The notes: generated by a model from the letters alone, not told the origin. Numbered from the stretch's first letter, positions 15,058-25,659 are shown. The stretch is 32,000 nucleotides of DNA from Xanthomonas campestris pv. campestris str. ATCC 33913 (GCF_000007145.1 NC_003902.1:4136497-4168496); one strand, 5' to 3'. Numbers and translations are program-made.

Positions 15058-15125
15058 AAGGGCGATTGCGCACACGCGAGACCGATGAAACAACGGGAGG
15101 GCGTAGGCAACGCCCTCCCCGGCCA

Positions 15126-17105
15126 TTACGGCTGCGCTGGCGGCGCGGCCTTGGCCTTGGCGATCATCTCGGCCACCGACGCGGTGGTGATCGGGTGGTA
15201 GCTCGGCTTGGCCTTTTCGAAGGCCTGCTCGGCGAAGGTGATGCCGTCCGGGGTCTTCAGCAGCTCGGCATAGATCGGCAGCACCAGCTTGCGACGGCCG
15301 ACGCGTTCGATGAACTCGCCCGCGGCCGGGCGTGCATCGATGTAGCCGCTGCGGATCGCCAACGGATACCAGCGCATGGCGATCTCGCCGTTGGGCGTGC
15401 CGGTGAAGTGGTAGGCATCGTCCAGCTGCTTGAGTTGTTCGGGCTTCAAAGTCGCGCCCATGCCGCTGAGGAAATGCACCCACTCCTGCGTGCCCCATTC
15501 GCCGGTGACCTGCTTGTTGGGCAGCGTGCCGCTACCGCTCCAGGCGATACGTGCGGTGTCCACGATCGAGAAGCTGCGCGAGCGTGCCTTGGCGGCGAAG
15601 GCCGGGATGCCCGGCTGCTTCAACCAGGCGTCCACTTCGGCCGCGCTCACCGTGTTGGGATGCTTGGCCAGCAGGTTCTTGTTGAGATAGTCGACGAACT
15701 GGTCGGTGGTCGCGCTCTGGAACGCATGATCGTCGAACCAGCCACGCAGGAACGGGTCGAACACCTCGCGCCCGAAGCGCTGTTCCAGGAACTGCAGGAA
15801 CCACGCGCCCTTGACGTAGGCCACCTGGCTCAGCGCTTCATCCGGGTCGCGCTCGGCCAGCGGCGGCAGCGCCAGGGCCTGGTCGGCCGGCGCCATGCCC
15901 TTCACTTCGGCCAGCAAATCACCCTGGTCGATCTCGCGCTCCATCTCGGCCATCTCGTTGCCGTACAGCGCTTCGGTGATGCGGCCCTGCACGTAGGTGG
16001 TGAACCCTTCGTTCAGCCAGATGTCCTTCCAGCTCGCATTGGTCACCAGGTTGCCCGACCAGCTATGCGCCAGCTCGTGCGCCACCAGCGACACCAGCGA
16101 CTTGTCGCCCACGATCACCGTCGGCGTGGCGAAGGTCAGGCGCGGGTTCTCCATGCCACCGAACGGGAACGACGGCGGCAGCACCAGCATGTCGTAACGG
16201 CCCCAGCGATACGGGCCGTAGAGTTTCTCGGCGGCACCGATCATCTTCTCGGTGTCTTCGAATTCCTTCGCAGCCTTGTCGGCCATGCTCGGCTCGGCCC
16301 ACACGCCCGAGCGCGCGGAGATCGGCTTGAACACCACATCACCGGCAGCGATCGCCAGCAGATACGAGGGAATCGGCTCGGGCATCTTGAAGCTGTAGTC
16401 GCCGTCGCGCGCGGCCTTGGGGTCATTGTCGGCGCTCATCAGCACCATCACGTCCGGGCGCGAGGTCACATGCGCGCTATAGGTGAAGCGCACGCTCGGG
16501 GTGTCCTGCAGCGGCACCCAGCTGCGCGCATGGATCGCCTGCGACTGGCTGAACATGAAAGGCAGTTGCTTGCCTTCGGTCATCGCCGGCTCCAACCACT
16601 GCAGGCCCGATGCGGTGGGCGCGGTGTGGTAGGTGATGACGACCTTGGCCGGCTGGTTGGGGGTTTCGATGGTGAGCTTGCTGCCGAAGGTCTTGTCGGC
16701 CGGCGCCAGCGCGAACTGCAGTGGCGACAGCGTGCCCTTGCCATCGTCGGCCTGCACCTGGGCAATGCTGAGCTCGCGCGTGTCCAGCACCAGTTGCTTG
16801 GCGGCCTTGTCCTTCCAGTCCAGCGTGTAGGTGGCGGTGCCGCCGATCTGCTTGGCGTCGAAATCCAGCTTCAGATCCAGCGCCAGGTCCTTGATGACCA
16901 CCAGCTGCGGCTGGGCGTAGGAGCTTTCGTCGTGGTTGCGGGCGTCTGCTTTCACGGGAGCCTTGGCGGTGGCGGCCGGGGCGGCGGCAGTGGACGCCGG
17001 CGGCGTGGATTCGTTGGAACAGCCGGCCAATGCAATGGACACGGCCAGGGACAGCGACAGGAACGGGAAGCGCATCGAAGGCACCGCAGCAAAGGAATTG
17101 GTCAT
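15126..17105 (-). CDS. M1-family zinc aminopeptidase lipoprotein (leukotriene A4 hydrolase-like)
   Basis: 659 aa from ATG 17105, preceded by GAGGG. It has lipobox IALAGC, GGMENP, and HELAHSWSGNLVTNASWKDIWLNEGF (HEXXH-X18-E). The longer ORF to 17612 was trimmed. Confidence 0.9.
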   Translation of the reverse strand: MTNSFAAVPSMRFPFLSLSLAVSIALAGCSNESTPPASTAAAPAATAKAPVKADARNHDESSYAQPQLVVIKDLALDLKLDFDAKQIGGTATYTLDWKDKAAKQLVLDTRELSIAQVQADDGKGTLSPLQFALAPADKTFGSKLTIETPNQPAKVVITYHTAPTASGLQWLEPAMTEGKQLPFMFSQSQAIHARSWVPLQDTPSVRFTYSAHVTSRPDVMVLMSADNDPKAARDGDYSFKMPEPIPSYLLAIAAGDVVFKPISARSGVWAEPSMADKAAKEFEDTEKMIGAAEKLYGPYRWGRYDMLVLPPSFPFGGMENPRLTFATPTVIVGDKSLVSLVAHELAHSWSGNLVTNASWKDIWLNEGFTTYVQGRITEALYGNEMAEMEREIDQGDLLAEVKGMAPADQALALPPLAERDPDEALSQVAYVKGAWFLQFLEQRFGREVFDPFLRGWFDDHAFQSATTDQFVDYLNKNLLAKHPNTVSAAEVDAWLKQPGIPAFAAKARSRSFSIVDTARIAWSGSGTLPNKQVTGEWGTQEWVHFLSGMGATLKPEQLKQLDDAYHFTGTPNGEIAMRWYPLAIRSGYIDARPAAGEFIERVGRRKLVLPIYAELLKTPDGITFAEQAFEKAKPSYHPITTASVAEMIAKAKAAPPAQP

Positions 17106-17149
17106 TTTAGCGCCCTCGCCCGGCCGCTGCCCGTGCTGCCGTGGGCCGA

Positions 17150-18040
17150 TCACGCCACCGGATGGCTGCGCGGGGCGTCGTGGCCATCGCGCACCAGCCG
17201 CCGGCCACCGGAGAACTTGGCGCGGTACATCGCCGCATCCGCACGCCGATACAGCTCGGTGGCGTCGATCCCCACCTCGCACACCGCACTGCCGGCGCTC
17301 ACGTGCAGCGGCGCCTCTTCGGCATCTTCGCGCTCCAGCATCGACAGCCACTGATTGAGCTTGAGCGTGGCTTCGTCTTCGGAGGCATGCACGCCGATCA
17401 GGAATTCGTCGCCGCCCCAGCGGCCGATCCAGTCCTGCGCACCCAGCCAGCCGTAGGCCGATTCGACCAGGCGCACCAGCACGCGGTCGCCGGCCAGGTG
17501 GCCGAAGCGGTCGTTGATCGGCTTGAGGTTGTCCATGTCCAGCACGAACAGCACGAACGGCCAGCCTTCGCGTTGCGCGGCGGTCACCGAATCGCGCATG
17601 GCCTGCTCGCAACCGCGGCGATTCAGGGCTTCGGTAAGCGGGTCGAACAGCGCGTGCCGCTTGAGATCGCGCATGCCCGCGTCGATGCCGCGCAGGCTGC
17701 GGTTGATGCCGCGCAACAGGCGGCCCAGTTCGTCATCGCCGTGCTCGGGCAGCGTGGGCAAGCGTTGATCGGCGTAGTACGCATCCAGCGCATCGGCGGC
17801 GATGCGCAGCGGCGCCAGCAAGCGATACAGCGCCGAGAGCGTCAATGCGGTGCCGGCCAGCGTGGCCAGCAAGGCCACGATCACCACCGACCACAGCGGC
17901 CGCCCGTCCAGCTCGCTTTGCGCGGCCAGCCAGGCGATCAGCAACAACAAAGGCAGATGGATGCCGACGAACGTCACCGCCAACAGCTTGGCGCTGAAGG
18001 AGCGGGGAAACAGGCGCGACAGCCCGGCGTACAAGCGCAT
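17150..18040 (-). CDS. membrane-anchored GGDEF-domain diguanylate cyclase
   Basis: Two N-terminal TM segments precede DPLTEALNRRG, LFVLDMDNLKPINDRFGHLAGD and RWGGDEFLIG. Start ATG 18040 is preceded by GGAG (the ORF track starts at TTG 18055). Confidence 0.85.
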   Translation of the reverse strand: MRLYAGLSRLFPRSFSAKLLAVTFVGIHLPLLLLIAWLAAQSELDGRPLWSVVIVALLATLAGTALTLSALYRLLAPLRIAADALDAYYADQRLPTLPEHGDDELGRLLRGINRSLRGIDAGMRDLKRHALFDPLTEALNRRGCEQAMRDSVTAAQREGWPFVLFVLDMDNLKPINDRFGHLAGDRVLVRLVESAYGWLGAQDWIGRWGGDEFLIGVHASEDEATLKLNQWLSMLEREDAEEAPLHVSAGSAVCEVGIDATELYRRADAAMYRAKFSGGRRLVRDGHDAPRSHPVA

Positions 18041-18230
18041 CCATGTCTCCGGCAAAAAGAACGTCTAGTGTCGCCGACGGTTTGTGGAGCCAACGCGATG
18101 GATGTCTCAAAATTCCGTCGGTCAGCGCGCGCAAATGCGTCGATTCACGCGCGCAAGCGAACCCAAGCGTGCATGCAGCGAGGAGTGCAGTGGAGCGACA
18201 CCGGCGCGCTGGCACGCGCCGGCCGGTGCA

Positions 18231-18992
18231 TCAGATCTTGTAGCCGGAATGGATAGCCACGATGCCGCCGGTGAGATTCTTGTAGTGGCACCGCGCAAAG
18301 CCTGCCTCGCCCATCATGCCCTTGAGCGAATCCTGCGGCGGGTGCTTGCGGATGCTCTCGGCCAGGTACTGGTAGCTGTCGGCATCGCGCGCGAACAGCT
18401 GGCCCAGCTTGGGCAGGATCTTGAACGAATGGAAGTCGTAGATCGGCTTGAACCAGTCGGCGGTGACTTCGGAAAATTCGAGCACGCGTGCCTGTCCACC
18501 TACCTTCAACACGCGGTACATCTCGCGCAGCGCGGCGTCCTTGTCGGTGACGTTGCGCAGGCCGAAGGAGATGGTCACCAGGTCGAAGCTCTGATCCGGG
18601 AACGGCAGCGCTTCGGCATTGCATTGCACGTAATCGAAGCCGGCCACCAGGCCGCGGTTGGTCAGGCGGTCGCGGCCCACCGAGAGCATCCCGGCGTTGA
18701 TGTCGCCCAGCACCACCGCGCCTTCGTTGCCCACGCGCTCCTTGAGCAGCACGGCGATATCGCCGGTACCGCCGGCCAGATCCAGCACGCGGTCGCCCGG
18801 CTTCACCTGCGCGGTGGCCACGAAGTAGCGCTTCCACGCACGGTGGATGCCCAGGCTCATCAGATCGTTCATCAGGTCGTAGTTGCGTGCGACCGAGGTG
18901 AACACTTCGCCGACCAGCTTCTGCTTGTCCTTTGCTGCGACGTCGCGGAAGCCGAAATGGGTAGTACCGGAGGTGTAGGGAGATTCGCTCAT
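18231..18992 (-). CDS. ubiE: ubiquinone/menaquinone biosynthesis C-methyltransferase UbiE
   Basis: 253 aa reading THFGFRDV...[22 protein letters not shown]...LDLAGGTGD...SFGLRNV. The long upstream ORF extension to 20762 was rejected. Confidence 0.93.
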   Translation of the reverse strand: MSESPYTSGTTHFGFRDVAAKDKQKLVGEVFTSVARNYDLMNDLMSLGIHRAWKRYFVATAQVKPGDRVLDLAGGTGDIAVLLKERVGNEGAVVLGDINAGMLSVGRDRLTNRGLVAGFDYVQCNAEALPFPDQSFDLVTISFGLRNVTDKDAALREMYRVLKVGGQARVLEFSEVTADWFKPIYDFHSFKILPKLGQLFARDADSYQYLAESIRKHPPQDSLKGMMGEAGFARCHYKNLTGGIVAIHSGYKI

Positions 18993-19076
18993 GGGCGGAT
19001 TATCGCACTGCTGACGCCACCATGACCGCAACGGGACCACAATCGCGGCTCTTCCTGCGACGGCCCCAGCGAGCAC

Positions 19077-20729
19077 TTGGTGCGCGACAAGTACGTTCAG
19101 CGCGACTGGCAGCCCCATGAGAAGCCCACCCTGCCCGGGTCGGCCTCCACGCCGCTGCACCCGACCCGGCGACGCATCCAGTACGGCCTGGTCGGCGTGG
19201 TGGTGGCGCTGACCGGTGGGCTGAGCAATGCGCTGGTCACTGCCAACCTGCCCTATCTGCAAGGCACGCTGGGGGCGTACGCCACTGAAATGGCCTGGCT
19301 GCCGGCCGCCTACGTGATGACCAACATGTCGGCCAACCTGCTGCTGGTGAAGTTCCGCCAGCAGTTCGGGCTGCGGCGGTTCACCGAGATCTTCCTGGCG
19401 CTGTATGCGGTGATTGCCTTCGCGCACCTGTTCGTGCACAGCCTGAGTTCGGCCATCACCGTGCGGGCCGCCCACGGGCTGGTGGGCGCGGCGCTCAGCT
19501 CGTTGGGGCTGTACTACGTGATCCAGGCGTTCCCGGCCAAATACCGGCTCAAGGCGGTGGTGACCGGGCTGGGGCTCACCCAGCTGGCACTGCCACTGGC
19601 GCGGGTGTTTTCCACCGACCTGCTGGAATTTGGCGAATGGCAGGGGCTGTATCTGTTCGAATTCGGCCTGGCGGTGTTTGCGCTGGCCTGCGTGCTGGCG
19701 CTCAAGCTGCCGCCGAGCGACCGGTACCGCGTATTCGAGCCGTTGGACTTCCTCACCTTCAGCCTGTTCGCTGCCGGCGCGGCGGGATTGGCCGCGGTGC
19801 TCTCGCTGGGCCGGCTGCTGTGGTGGACCAGCACGCCGTGGCTGGGCGTGGTGCTGGCGGCCTCCATCGTGCTGCTGTGCGCGGCCGCATGGATCGAACA
19901 CAACCGCCGCAATCCGATGATCAACACGCGCTGGCTGGCCAGTGCCGACATGCTGCGCCTGGGCCTGGCAATCCTGCTGATCCGCCTGGTGCTGTCCGAA
20001 CAGAGCACCGGTGCGATCGGCTTCTTCCAGACTCTGGGGTTGGCGAACACCCAATTGCAGACCTTGTTCGCGCTGATGTTGCTGGGCGCGGTGGTGGGCG
20101 TGGTGGCCAGTGCCTTGCTGATCAATCCGGCGCGCATTGCAGAGCACCTGATCATCGCGGTGGCGGCGATCTGCATCGGCTGCTTCATGGATGCGCGCGC
20201 CACCAGCCTGACCCGGCCGGAACAGATGTATGTCAGCCAGTTTCTGCTGGCGTTCGGCAGCACCTTCTTCGTGGGCCCGGCGATGGTGGCCGGCATCGGC
20301 CGCGTAGTCACCCAGCCGCGCAACCTGATCAGTTTCATCGTGTTGTTCGGCATGGCGCAGAACATGGGCGGCCTGCTCGGCAGCGCGCTGCTGGGCACGC
20401 TGCAGGTGGTGCGCGAGAAATATCACTCCAGCCAATTGGTCGAGCACCTGGTGCTCACCGACCCACAGGTGGCCGCGCGCGTGCAGGCCTATGCCAGCGT
20501 GTACGGGCGCGCGATCGGCGACCCGGCCCTGCGCCAGGCGCAAGGCGTGCGTGCACTGGGCACGGTGGCCACCCGCGAAGCCAACGTACTGGCCTATAAC
20601 GATGTGTTCCTGTTGATCGGCTGCATTGCCATTGCCACCGGGTTGTGGATTCTCTCCGTGCTGGTGTGGCGCCGTTATCTGCGCCCGCCGGTTGCCCCCT
20701 CTCCTTCTGTTCCGACTGCGCGCCCATGA
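19077..20729 (+). CDS. MFS transporter, EmrB/QacA-like (14-TMS type)
   Basis: About 550 aa and highly hydrophobic, with multiple predicted TM segments. Its stop overlaps the start of the HlyD-family gene. The start codon is uncertain (TTG 19077 or GTG 19080). Confidence 0.8.
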   Translation: MVRDKYVQRDWQPHEKPTLPGSASTPLHPTRRRIQYGLVGVVVALTGGLSNALVTANLPYLQGTLGAYATEMAWLPAAYVMTNMSANLLLVKFRQQFGLRRFTEIFLALYAVIAFAHLFVHSLSSAITVRAAHGLVGAALSSLGLYYVIQAFPAKYRLKAVVTGLGLTQLALPLARVFSTDLLEFGEWQGLYLFEFGLAVFALACVLALKLPPSDRYRVFEPLDFLTFSLFAAGAAGLAAVLSLGRLLWWTSTPWLGVVLAASIVLLCAAAWIEHNRRNPMINTRWLASADMLRLGLAILLIRLVLSEQSTGAIGFFQTLGLANTQLQTLFALMLLGAVVGVVASALLINPARIAEHLIIAVAAICIGCFMDARATSLTRPEQMYVSQFLLAFGSTFFVGPAMVAGIGRVVTQPRNLISFIVLFGMAQNMGGLLGSALLGTLQVVREKYHSSQLVEHLVLTDPQVAARVQAYASVYGRAIGDPALRQAQGVRALGTVATREANVLAYNDVFLLIGCIAIATGLWILSVLVWRRYLRPPVAPSPSVPTARP

Positions 20730-21817
20730 ATACACCTGCCGACACCGCTCCAACCGCCGCACAGAGACGGCGTCGCCGTCGCCGCCGTCTGTATGGCGTG
20801 CTCGGGTTCGGTGGGCTTGCGCTGATCGGCGTGGCGTTGGTGCTGTATGCGTGGCGGCTGCCGCCGTTCACCAGCGCGGTGGAGCGCACCGAAAACGCGA
20901 TGGTGCATGGCCAGGTCACGGTGATCGCGCCACAGGTCAGTGGCTATGTCACGCAGGTGCCGGTGCAGGATTTTGCGCATGTGCGCCGCGGCCAGCTGTT
21001 GGCAAAGATCGACGACCGCATCTATGCGCAGCATTTGGAACAGGCCAAGGCGCAACTGCAGACCACGCAGGCCAACCTGGCCAACTGGGAACAGCAGCGC
21101 CACAGCGCCGAGGCCACCATCGCCGAGCAACGCGCCACCCTGAGCAGCAACCAGGCCCAGCGCGATCGCACGCGCTCGGCGTATGCACGCGCGCAGCAAC
21201 TGGCCAACCAGAAACTGGTGTCCGAGCAGGACCGCGACACCGCATTTGCCGCGCGCGCACAGGCCGACGCCGGCGTGGCTCAGGCGCGCGCCGCAGTGCA
21301 GGCCGCCGAAGAGAACGCGCGCAGTGTCACCGTCAATCGTGCAGCGCTGGAAGCGGCGGTAGCCAATGCGCAGGCAGCCGTGCAGCTGGCACAAATCAAC
21401 CTGGACAACACGCGCATCCTCGCGCCGCGCGACGGCCAGCTGGGTCAGCTCGGCGTGCGCCAGGGCGCCTATGTCACCAACGGCACGCAGTTGATGGCCT
21501 TGGTGCCGGACACCTTGTGGGTGGTGGCCAACTTCAAGGAAACCCAAATGGCCAATGTGCGTGTGGGCCAGCGCGCCAGCTTCACCGTGGATGCGCTGGC
21601 CAATGCGCGCCTGCAGGGCCGCGTGCAGGAGATCTCGCCAGCGGCCGGCTCCGAGTTCAGCGTGTTACGCGCGGACAACGCCACCGGCAACTTCGTCAAG
21701 ATTGCCCAGCGCATTCCGCTGCGCATCAGTGTCGATCCCGGCCAGCCGCAGGCCGCGCGGCTGCGTCCGGGCATGTCGGTGGTGGTGGCCATCGACACCG
21801 CCCAGCGCGCCGAGTAA
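20726..21817 (+). CDS. HlyD/EmrA-family membrane fusion protein
   Basis: Start ATG 20726 forms an ATGA overlap with the MFS stop. The protein has an N-terminal Arg8 run, one TM segment, a long coiled-coil (Q/A-rich), and C-terminal ILAPRDG...VRVGQRA...IPLRISV motifs. Confidence 0.88.
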   Translation: MNTPADTAPTAAQRRRRRRRRLYGVLGFGGLALIGVALVLYAWRLPPFTSAVERTENAMVHGQVTVIAPQVSGYVTQVPVQDFAHVRRGQLLAKIDDRIYAQHLEQAKAQLQTTQANLANWEQQRHSAEATIAEQRATLSSNQAQRDRTRSAYARAQQLANQKLVSEQDRDTAFAARAQADAGVAQARAAVQAAEENARSVTVNRAALEAAVANAQAAVQLAQINLDNTRILAPRDGQLGQLGVRQGAYVTNGTQLMALVPDTLWVVANFKETQMANVRVGQRASFTVDALANARLQGRVQEISPAAGSEFSVLRADNATGNFVKIAQRIPLRISVDPGQPQAARLRPGMSVVVAIDTAQRAE

Positions 21818-21842
21818 GCAACGCAGCCGTTATGATGCGGCG

Positions 21843-22343
21843 ATGACTGTTTTGGCCCCCTTTCCTGTGCACTGGCGCGCACTGCGCTTTGCCGAGCTGG
21901 ACACGCCCCAGCTCTACGCAGTGCTGCGGCTGCGCACCGATGTGTTCGTGGTCGAGCAGCACTGCGCGTACCCGGAGCTGGACGGCAAGGACACCCACGC
22001 CGAGGTGCTGCACCTGCTCGGCACCACGGATGACGGTGCGCTGGCCGCGTACCTGCGCGTGCTGCCGCCCGGGCTGAGCTATCCCGAACCGAGCATCGGC
22101 CGCGTCGTCATCGCTGCCGCACACCGCGGCCATGGGTTGGCCCACGTCTTGTTGCGCGAAGGCCTGCGCCTGGTGCAGGCCCAGTGGCCCGGCCGTGCCG
22201 TGCAACTGGGTGCGCAAACGCACCTGCAACACCTCTACGCCGCGCATGGTTTTGCGCCCACCTCTGCGCCGTATCTCGAAGACGGCATTCCGCATATCGA
22301 CATGCTGCGTCGCGCCGACGCAGCCACTCAGGAGCTTGCATGA
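21843..22343 (+). CDS. GNAT-family N-acetyltransferase (ElaA-like)
   Basis: 166 aa reading FAELDTPQLYAVLRLRTDVFVVEQHCAYPELDGKD...RGHGLAHVLL...LYAAHGF. Confidence 0.85.
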   Translation: MTVLAPFPVHWRALRFAELDTPQLYAVLRLRTDVFVVEQHCAYPELDGKDTHAEVLHLLGTTDDGALAAYLRVLPPGLSYPEPSIGRVVIAAAHRGHGLAHVLLREGLRLVQAQWPGRAVQLGAQTHLQHLYAAHGFAPTSAPYLEDGIPHIDMLRRADAATQELA

Positions 22344-22795
22344 TCACCACACCCGACTACCGCGCGCTGCTCGACACCGCCATCGCCGAAGCCCGCCAGG
22401 GTCTGGCCGAAGGCGGCATCCCGATCGGGGCCGCGCTGTACCACAGCGACGGACGTTTGCTTGGCTGCGGCCATAACCGCCGCGTGCAGGAAAACGACCC
22501 TTCCGTGCACGGCGAGACCGATGCATTCCGCAAGGCTGGTCGCCAACGCCGCTACCAGGACACCATCATGGTCACCACGCTGGCGCCATGCTGGTACTGC
22601 AGCGGGCTGGTGCGGCAGTTCAATATCGGCACTGTGGTGGTGGGCGAATCGGTCACCTTCCAAGGCGGCATCGACTGGCTGCGCGAGCATGGTGTCAACG
22701 TCATCGATCTGCACAGCCAGGAGTGCATGGACCTGCTCGGTGGTTATATCGCCGCCAATCCGGATGTGTGGAACGAGGATATTGGCGAAGACTGA
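22340..22795 (+). CDS. CDA-fold nucleoside/cytosine deaminase (Fcy1-like)
   Basis: 151 aa with zinc motifs HGETD and PCWYCSG. Its ATGA overlaps the GNAT stop. Confidence 0.85.
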   Translation: MITTPDYRALLDTAIAEARQGLAEGGIPIGAALYHSDGRLLGCGHNRRVQENDPSVHGETDAFRKAGRQRRYQDTIMVTTLAPCWYCSGLVRQFNIGTVVVGESVTFQGGIDWLREHGVNVIDLHSQECMDLLGGYIAANPDVWNEDIGED

Positions 22796-22952
22796 GTCCG
22801 TGCTGTGGTGGCGCTGGCGGTTGTCGTTGCAGCGCCATGGTGCGTTTGTGCCGTAACTGGATGCGCCAGGCGGCCAGCAACTCCTGTGTAAAAACGTCTG
22901 GCCGGCCAGGATCTTCGCAGCAGGTGACGTTCGCCAATGCCCTGCCCCGGCC

Positions 22953-22970
22953 TGTCAACGCGCGTTGACA
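22953..22970. promoter_or_regulatory. 18-bp perfect palindrome TGTCAACGCGCGTTGACA (operator-like)
   Basis: It is perfectly self-complementary and contains TTGACA on both strands. It lies 44 nt upstream of the ATG of the small ORF at 23014. Confidence 0.45.
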
Positions 22971-23013
22971 TGCCCAGCGCTACGCTCGCGCTTCACACAG
23001 GGGGAAGGCGTCG

Positions 23014-23313
23014 ATGGCAGCAGTGGATGTGGTGGTAGCGAATGGCGCTGCGGCGCTGCCGTTTGCGTTGGAGCGGGCGCCGGCAATGCGGCAGCTGGCC
23101 GCAGTGAACGGCGGGCGGGCGCTGGATGTGCCGCTGGCGAGAGACGCCTTGCCGGCATTGGAAGCAAGTGACCTGACAGAGAGCGACGCGGCCGCGCAGA
23201 CCGCGCGCCAGGGTGAGAACACCCTGCCGCCCGCGGCTGCCGACCGCGCACTGCACGCGCATGTGCAGCTGGGCGCACTGCTGATCCGGCGCTACAGAGA
23301 CAGCCTGCGCTGA
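23014..23313 (+). CDS. hypothetical small protein (99 aa)
   Basis: A strong SD (GGGGAAGG) lies 5 nt upstream of the ATG, and GC3 is about 75-80%. No family was recognised. It could still be a GC artefact. Confidence 0.4.
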   Translation: MAAVDVVVANGAAALPFALERAPAMRQLAAVNGGRALDVPLARDALPALEASDLTESDAAAQTARQGENTLPPAAADRALHAHVQLGALLIRRYRDSLR

Positions 23314-23494
23314 TTGTTTCGCCGCGAGAGCCGACTGACGGCAGCGAGCGGCGCTGCTGAAGCCAGCCGTGAGCGGATCTAATGTGCGAGCGCGGTGAGC
23401 CGCAGTGAAACGCGCGAGCGATGCCGCTGGCACAGCGATCGCGTTTGGGCGATTCCTGCGGCTTTGCGTGGCGCTTTAAAGACGTGATCGCCGC

Positions 23495-23523
23495 AAAAAA
23501 AGACCCGCCAACGGCGGGTCTTC
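23495..23523 (-). terminator. rho-independent terminator of hslU
   Basis: The GACCCGCC-AAC-GGCGGGTC stem-loop is followed by T7 on the minus strand, about 50 nt after the hslU stop. Confidence 0.85.
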
Positions 23524-23570
23524 TTACAACTGCCGGTCTGCATGCGTTACCGCAAGCAGACCGCACAGGG

Positions 23571-24938
23571 TCACAAGATGTAACGGCTCAGATCCGGATC
23601 CTGGACCAGCTCGCCCAACTGCGCATCCACGTAGGCCGCATCCACGGTGACGCTCTGGCCATCGCGGTCGGGCGCCTCGTAGCTCAGCACATCGAGCAAG
23701 CGCTCCAGCACCGTATGCAGACGCCGCGCACCGATGTTTTCCTGCCGCTCGTTCACCTGCGCGGCAATCTCGGCCAGGCGGTCCACCGCATCGGCGCCGA
23801 AGGTCAAGGCCACACCTTCGGTCTGCAGCAAGGCTTCGTACTGTTTGATCAACGCCGCCTTGGGCTCGGTGAGGATGCGCACGAAATCGGCCTTGGTCAG
23901 CGCGGTCAATTCCACGCGGATCGGGAAGCGGCCCTGCAATTCCGGAATCAGATCGCTGGGCTTGGCCAGATGGAACGCGCCCGAAGCAATGAACAGGATG
24001 TGGTCGGTCTTGACCGTGCCGTACTTGGTGGACACGTTGGAACCTTCCACCAGCGGCAGCAGATCGCGCTGCACGCCCTCGCGGCTGACATCGCCACCGG
24101 ACGAACCGGCTTCACCACGTTTGGCCACCTTGTCGATCTCGTCGATGAACACGATGCCGTGCTGCTCGCACGCCTCGATCGCCGCGGTGCGGATGTCGTC
24201 TTCGTTGACCAGCTTGCCGGCTTCTTCCTCGATCAACAGCGGGCGCGCGGCCTTGATGGTGAGCTTGCGCTTCTGCGACTTGCCGCCACCCAGGTTGGAG
24301 AACATCTGCCGTAGCTGCTGGCCCATTTCCTCCATGCCCGGCGGGGTCATGATGTCCATGCTGGCGTTGACCGCCACTTCCAGTTCGATCTCGCGCTCGT
24401 CCAGTTCGCCGTTACGCAACATGCGGCGGAACTTGATGCGGGTTTCATTGTCCTGCGCCGACGGCTCATGACGCGCCGCCTCCGGGTCGAAGCCGATGCC
24501 GGCCGAGCGTCGCGGCAACAATGCATCCAGGATGCGATCTTCGGCGCGCTCTTCGGCCTGGTTGCGCACGCGCACCTTGGCCTGCTCGCGGTACAACTTG
24601 ACCGAGGTATCGGCCAGGTCGCGAATGATCTGTTCCACATCCTTGCCGACGTAGCCCACTTCGGTGAAACGCGTGGCTTCCACCTTGACGAACGGCGCAT
24701 TGGCCAGCGTGGCCAGACGCCGCGCGATCTCGGTCTTGCCCACGCCGGTGGGGCCGATCATCAGGATGTTCTTGGGCATCACTTCGTTGCGCAATTCTTC
24801 CGGCAACTGCATGCGCCGCCAGCGATTGCGCAGCGCAATGGCCACCGCACGCTTGGCATCGTGCTGGCCGACGATATGGCGGTCGAGCTCCTGCACGATT
24901 TCGCGCGGAGTCATGGTGGCGGTATCGATATTAGGCAT
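23571..24938 (-). CDS. hslU: ATP-dependent protease ATPase subunit HslU
   Basis: 455 aa reading [34 protein letters not shown], with Walker [16 protein letters not shown] and IVFIDEIDK. Confidence 0.97.
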   Translation of the reverse strand: MPNIDTATMTPREIVQELDRHIVGQHDAKRAVAIALRNRWRRMQLPEELRNEVMPKNILMIGPTGVGKTEIARRLATLANAPFVKVEATRFTEVGYVGKDVEQIIRDLADTSVKLYREQAKVRVRNQAEERAEDRILDALLPRRSAGIGFDPEAARHEPSAQDNETRIKFRRMLRNGELDEREIELEVAVNASMDIMTPPGMEEMGQQLRQMFSNLGGGKSQKRKLTIKAARPLLIEEEAGKLVNEDDIRTAAIEACEQHGIVFIDEIDKVAKRGEAGSSGGDVSREGVQRDLLPLVEGSNVSTKYGTVKTDHILFIASGAFHLAKPSDLIPELQGRFPIRVELTALTKADFVRILTEPKAALIKQYEALLQTEGVALTFGADAVDRLAEIAAQVNERQENIGARRLHTVLERLLDVLSYEAPDRDGQSVTVDAAYVDAQLGELVQDPDLSRYIL

Positions 24939-24955
24939 TGGGGATTCGAGATTGG
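24938..24955 (+). repeat. 7-nt periodic repeat block C (TTGGGGATTCGAGATTGG)
   Basis: On the plus strand it abuts and overlaps the hslU start codon. On the mRNA it is the C-rich complement directly 5' of the AUG. Confidence 0.7.
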
Positions 24956-25017
24956 TAAAAGCGGAATAGGAATGATCAAAGTGTCCGAGTGGCTATCAGA
25001 ACCCAGGAATGCAGTTG

Positions 25018-25056
25018 CAAATCCCGAATCCCGAATCCCGACTGCCGAATCACGAT
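25018..25056 (-). repeat. 7-nt periodic repeat block D (sense: ...GGGATTC GGGATTC GGGATTT G)
   Basis: Three perfect heptamers at 25021-25041 plus degenerate flanks sit directly after the hslV stop (25057-25059) on the sense strand. Confidence 0.8.
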
Positions 25057-25608
25057 TCACAGCTCTTCAACCACCACATTGCGATTGGTATAAATGCAAA
25101 TATCGCCGGCGATGTTGATCGCCTCGGTGGCAATGGTCTTGGCGTCCAGCTCGGTGTGCGCCAGCAGCGCGCGTGCGGCAGACAGTGCGTACGAGCCGCC
25201 GGAGCCGATCGCGATGATGCCGTCTTCCGGCTCGATGACATCGCCGGTGCCGCTGATGATCAGCGAGGTTTCCTTGTCGGCCACGGCCAGCAATGCTTCG
25301 AGCTTGCCCAGGCGGCGCTCGGTGCGCCAATCCTTGGCCAGCTCCACGGCGGCGCGGGTCAGTTGGCCGTGTTTGTCCAGCTTGGCTTCGAACAGTTCAA
25401 ACAGGGTGAACGCATCGGCGGCTGCACCGGCGAAACCGGCCAGTACCTGGCCGTCGCGGCCGAGCCGGCGCACCTTGCGCGCGTTGCCTTTCATGACCGT
25501 ATGGCCGAGGGTGACCTGACCATCGCCGGCGACGGCGACATGCCCGCCACGTCGGACCGAAATGATGGTGGTGGCGTGAACGACGTTGGGGTTCTGGCTG
25601 GGATCCAT
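25057..25608 (-). CDS. hslV: ATP-dependent protease peptidase subunit HslV
   Basis: 183 aa from ATG 25608, preceded by GGAGG. The N-terminal region reads ...[12 protein letters not shown] (catalytic Thr after processing), followed by [14 protein letters not shown]. The long ORF to 25920 was trimmed. Confidence 0.96.
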
Positions 25609-25631
25609 GGGTCCTCCGGGGGTTTCCAAAG

Positions 25632-25659
25632 AGGTGGGGACGCCCCTGCCGGGTTCAAG
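25632..25659 (-). promoter_or_regulatory. sigma-32 (heat-shock) type promoter candidate for hslVU
   Basis: The minus strand reads CTTGAAC-N13-CCCCACCT (consensus CTTGAAA-N13-15-CCCCATNT). The -10 element ends 24 nt upstream of the hslV ATG. Confidence 0.6.

Noticed and set aside
18199-18220. The hairpin CCGGCGCG-N6-CGCGCCGG after ubiE as a terminator.
   Set aside because: No U-run follows on the minus strand, so it cannot be distinguished from chance GC palindromes in this genome.
20750-20790. A run of eight consecutive Arg codons at the N-terminus of the HlyD-family protein.
   Set aside because: This is probably just a positively charged cytoplasmic anchor preceding the single TM helix. 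No periodic DNA repeat or slippage-prone tract underlies it.
22965-22993. TTGACA inside the 18-bp palindrome as the -35 element of a sigma-70 promoter.
   Set aside because: No acceptable -10 hexamer lies at 16-18 nt (GCGCTT, CGCGCT or CGCTTC). I kept it only as an operator-like palindrome.
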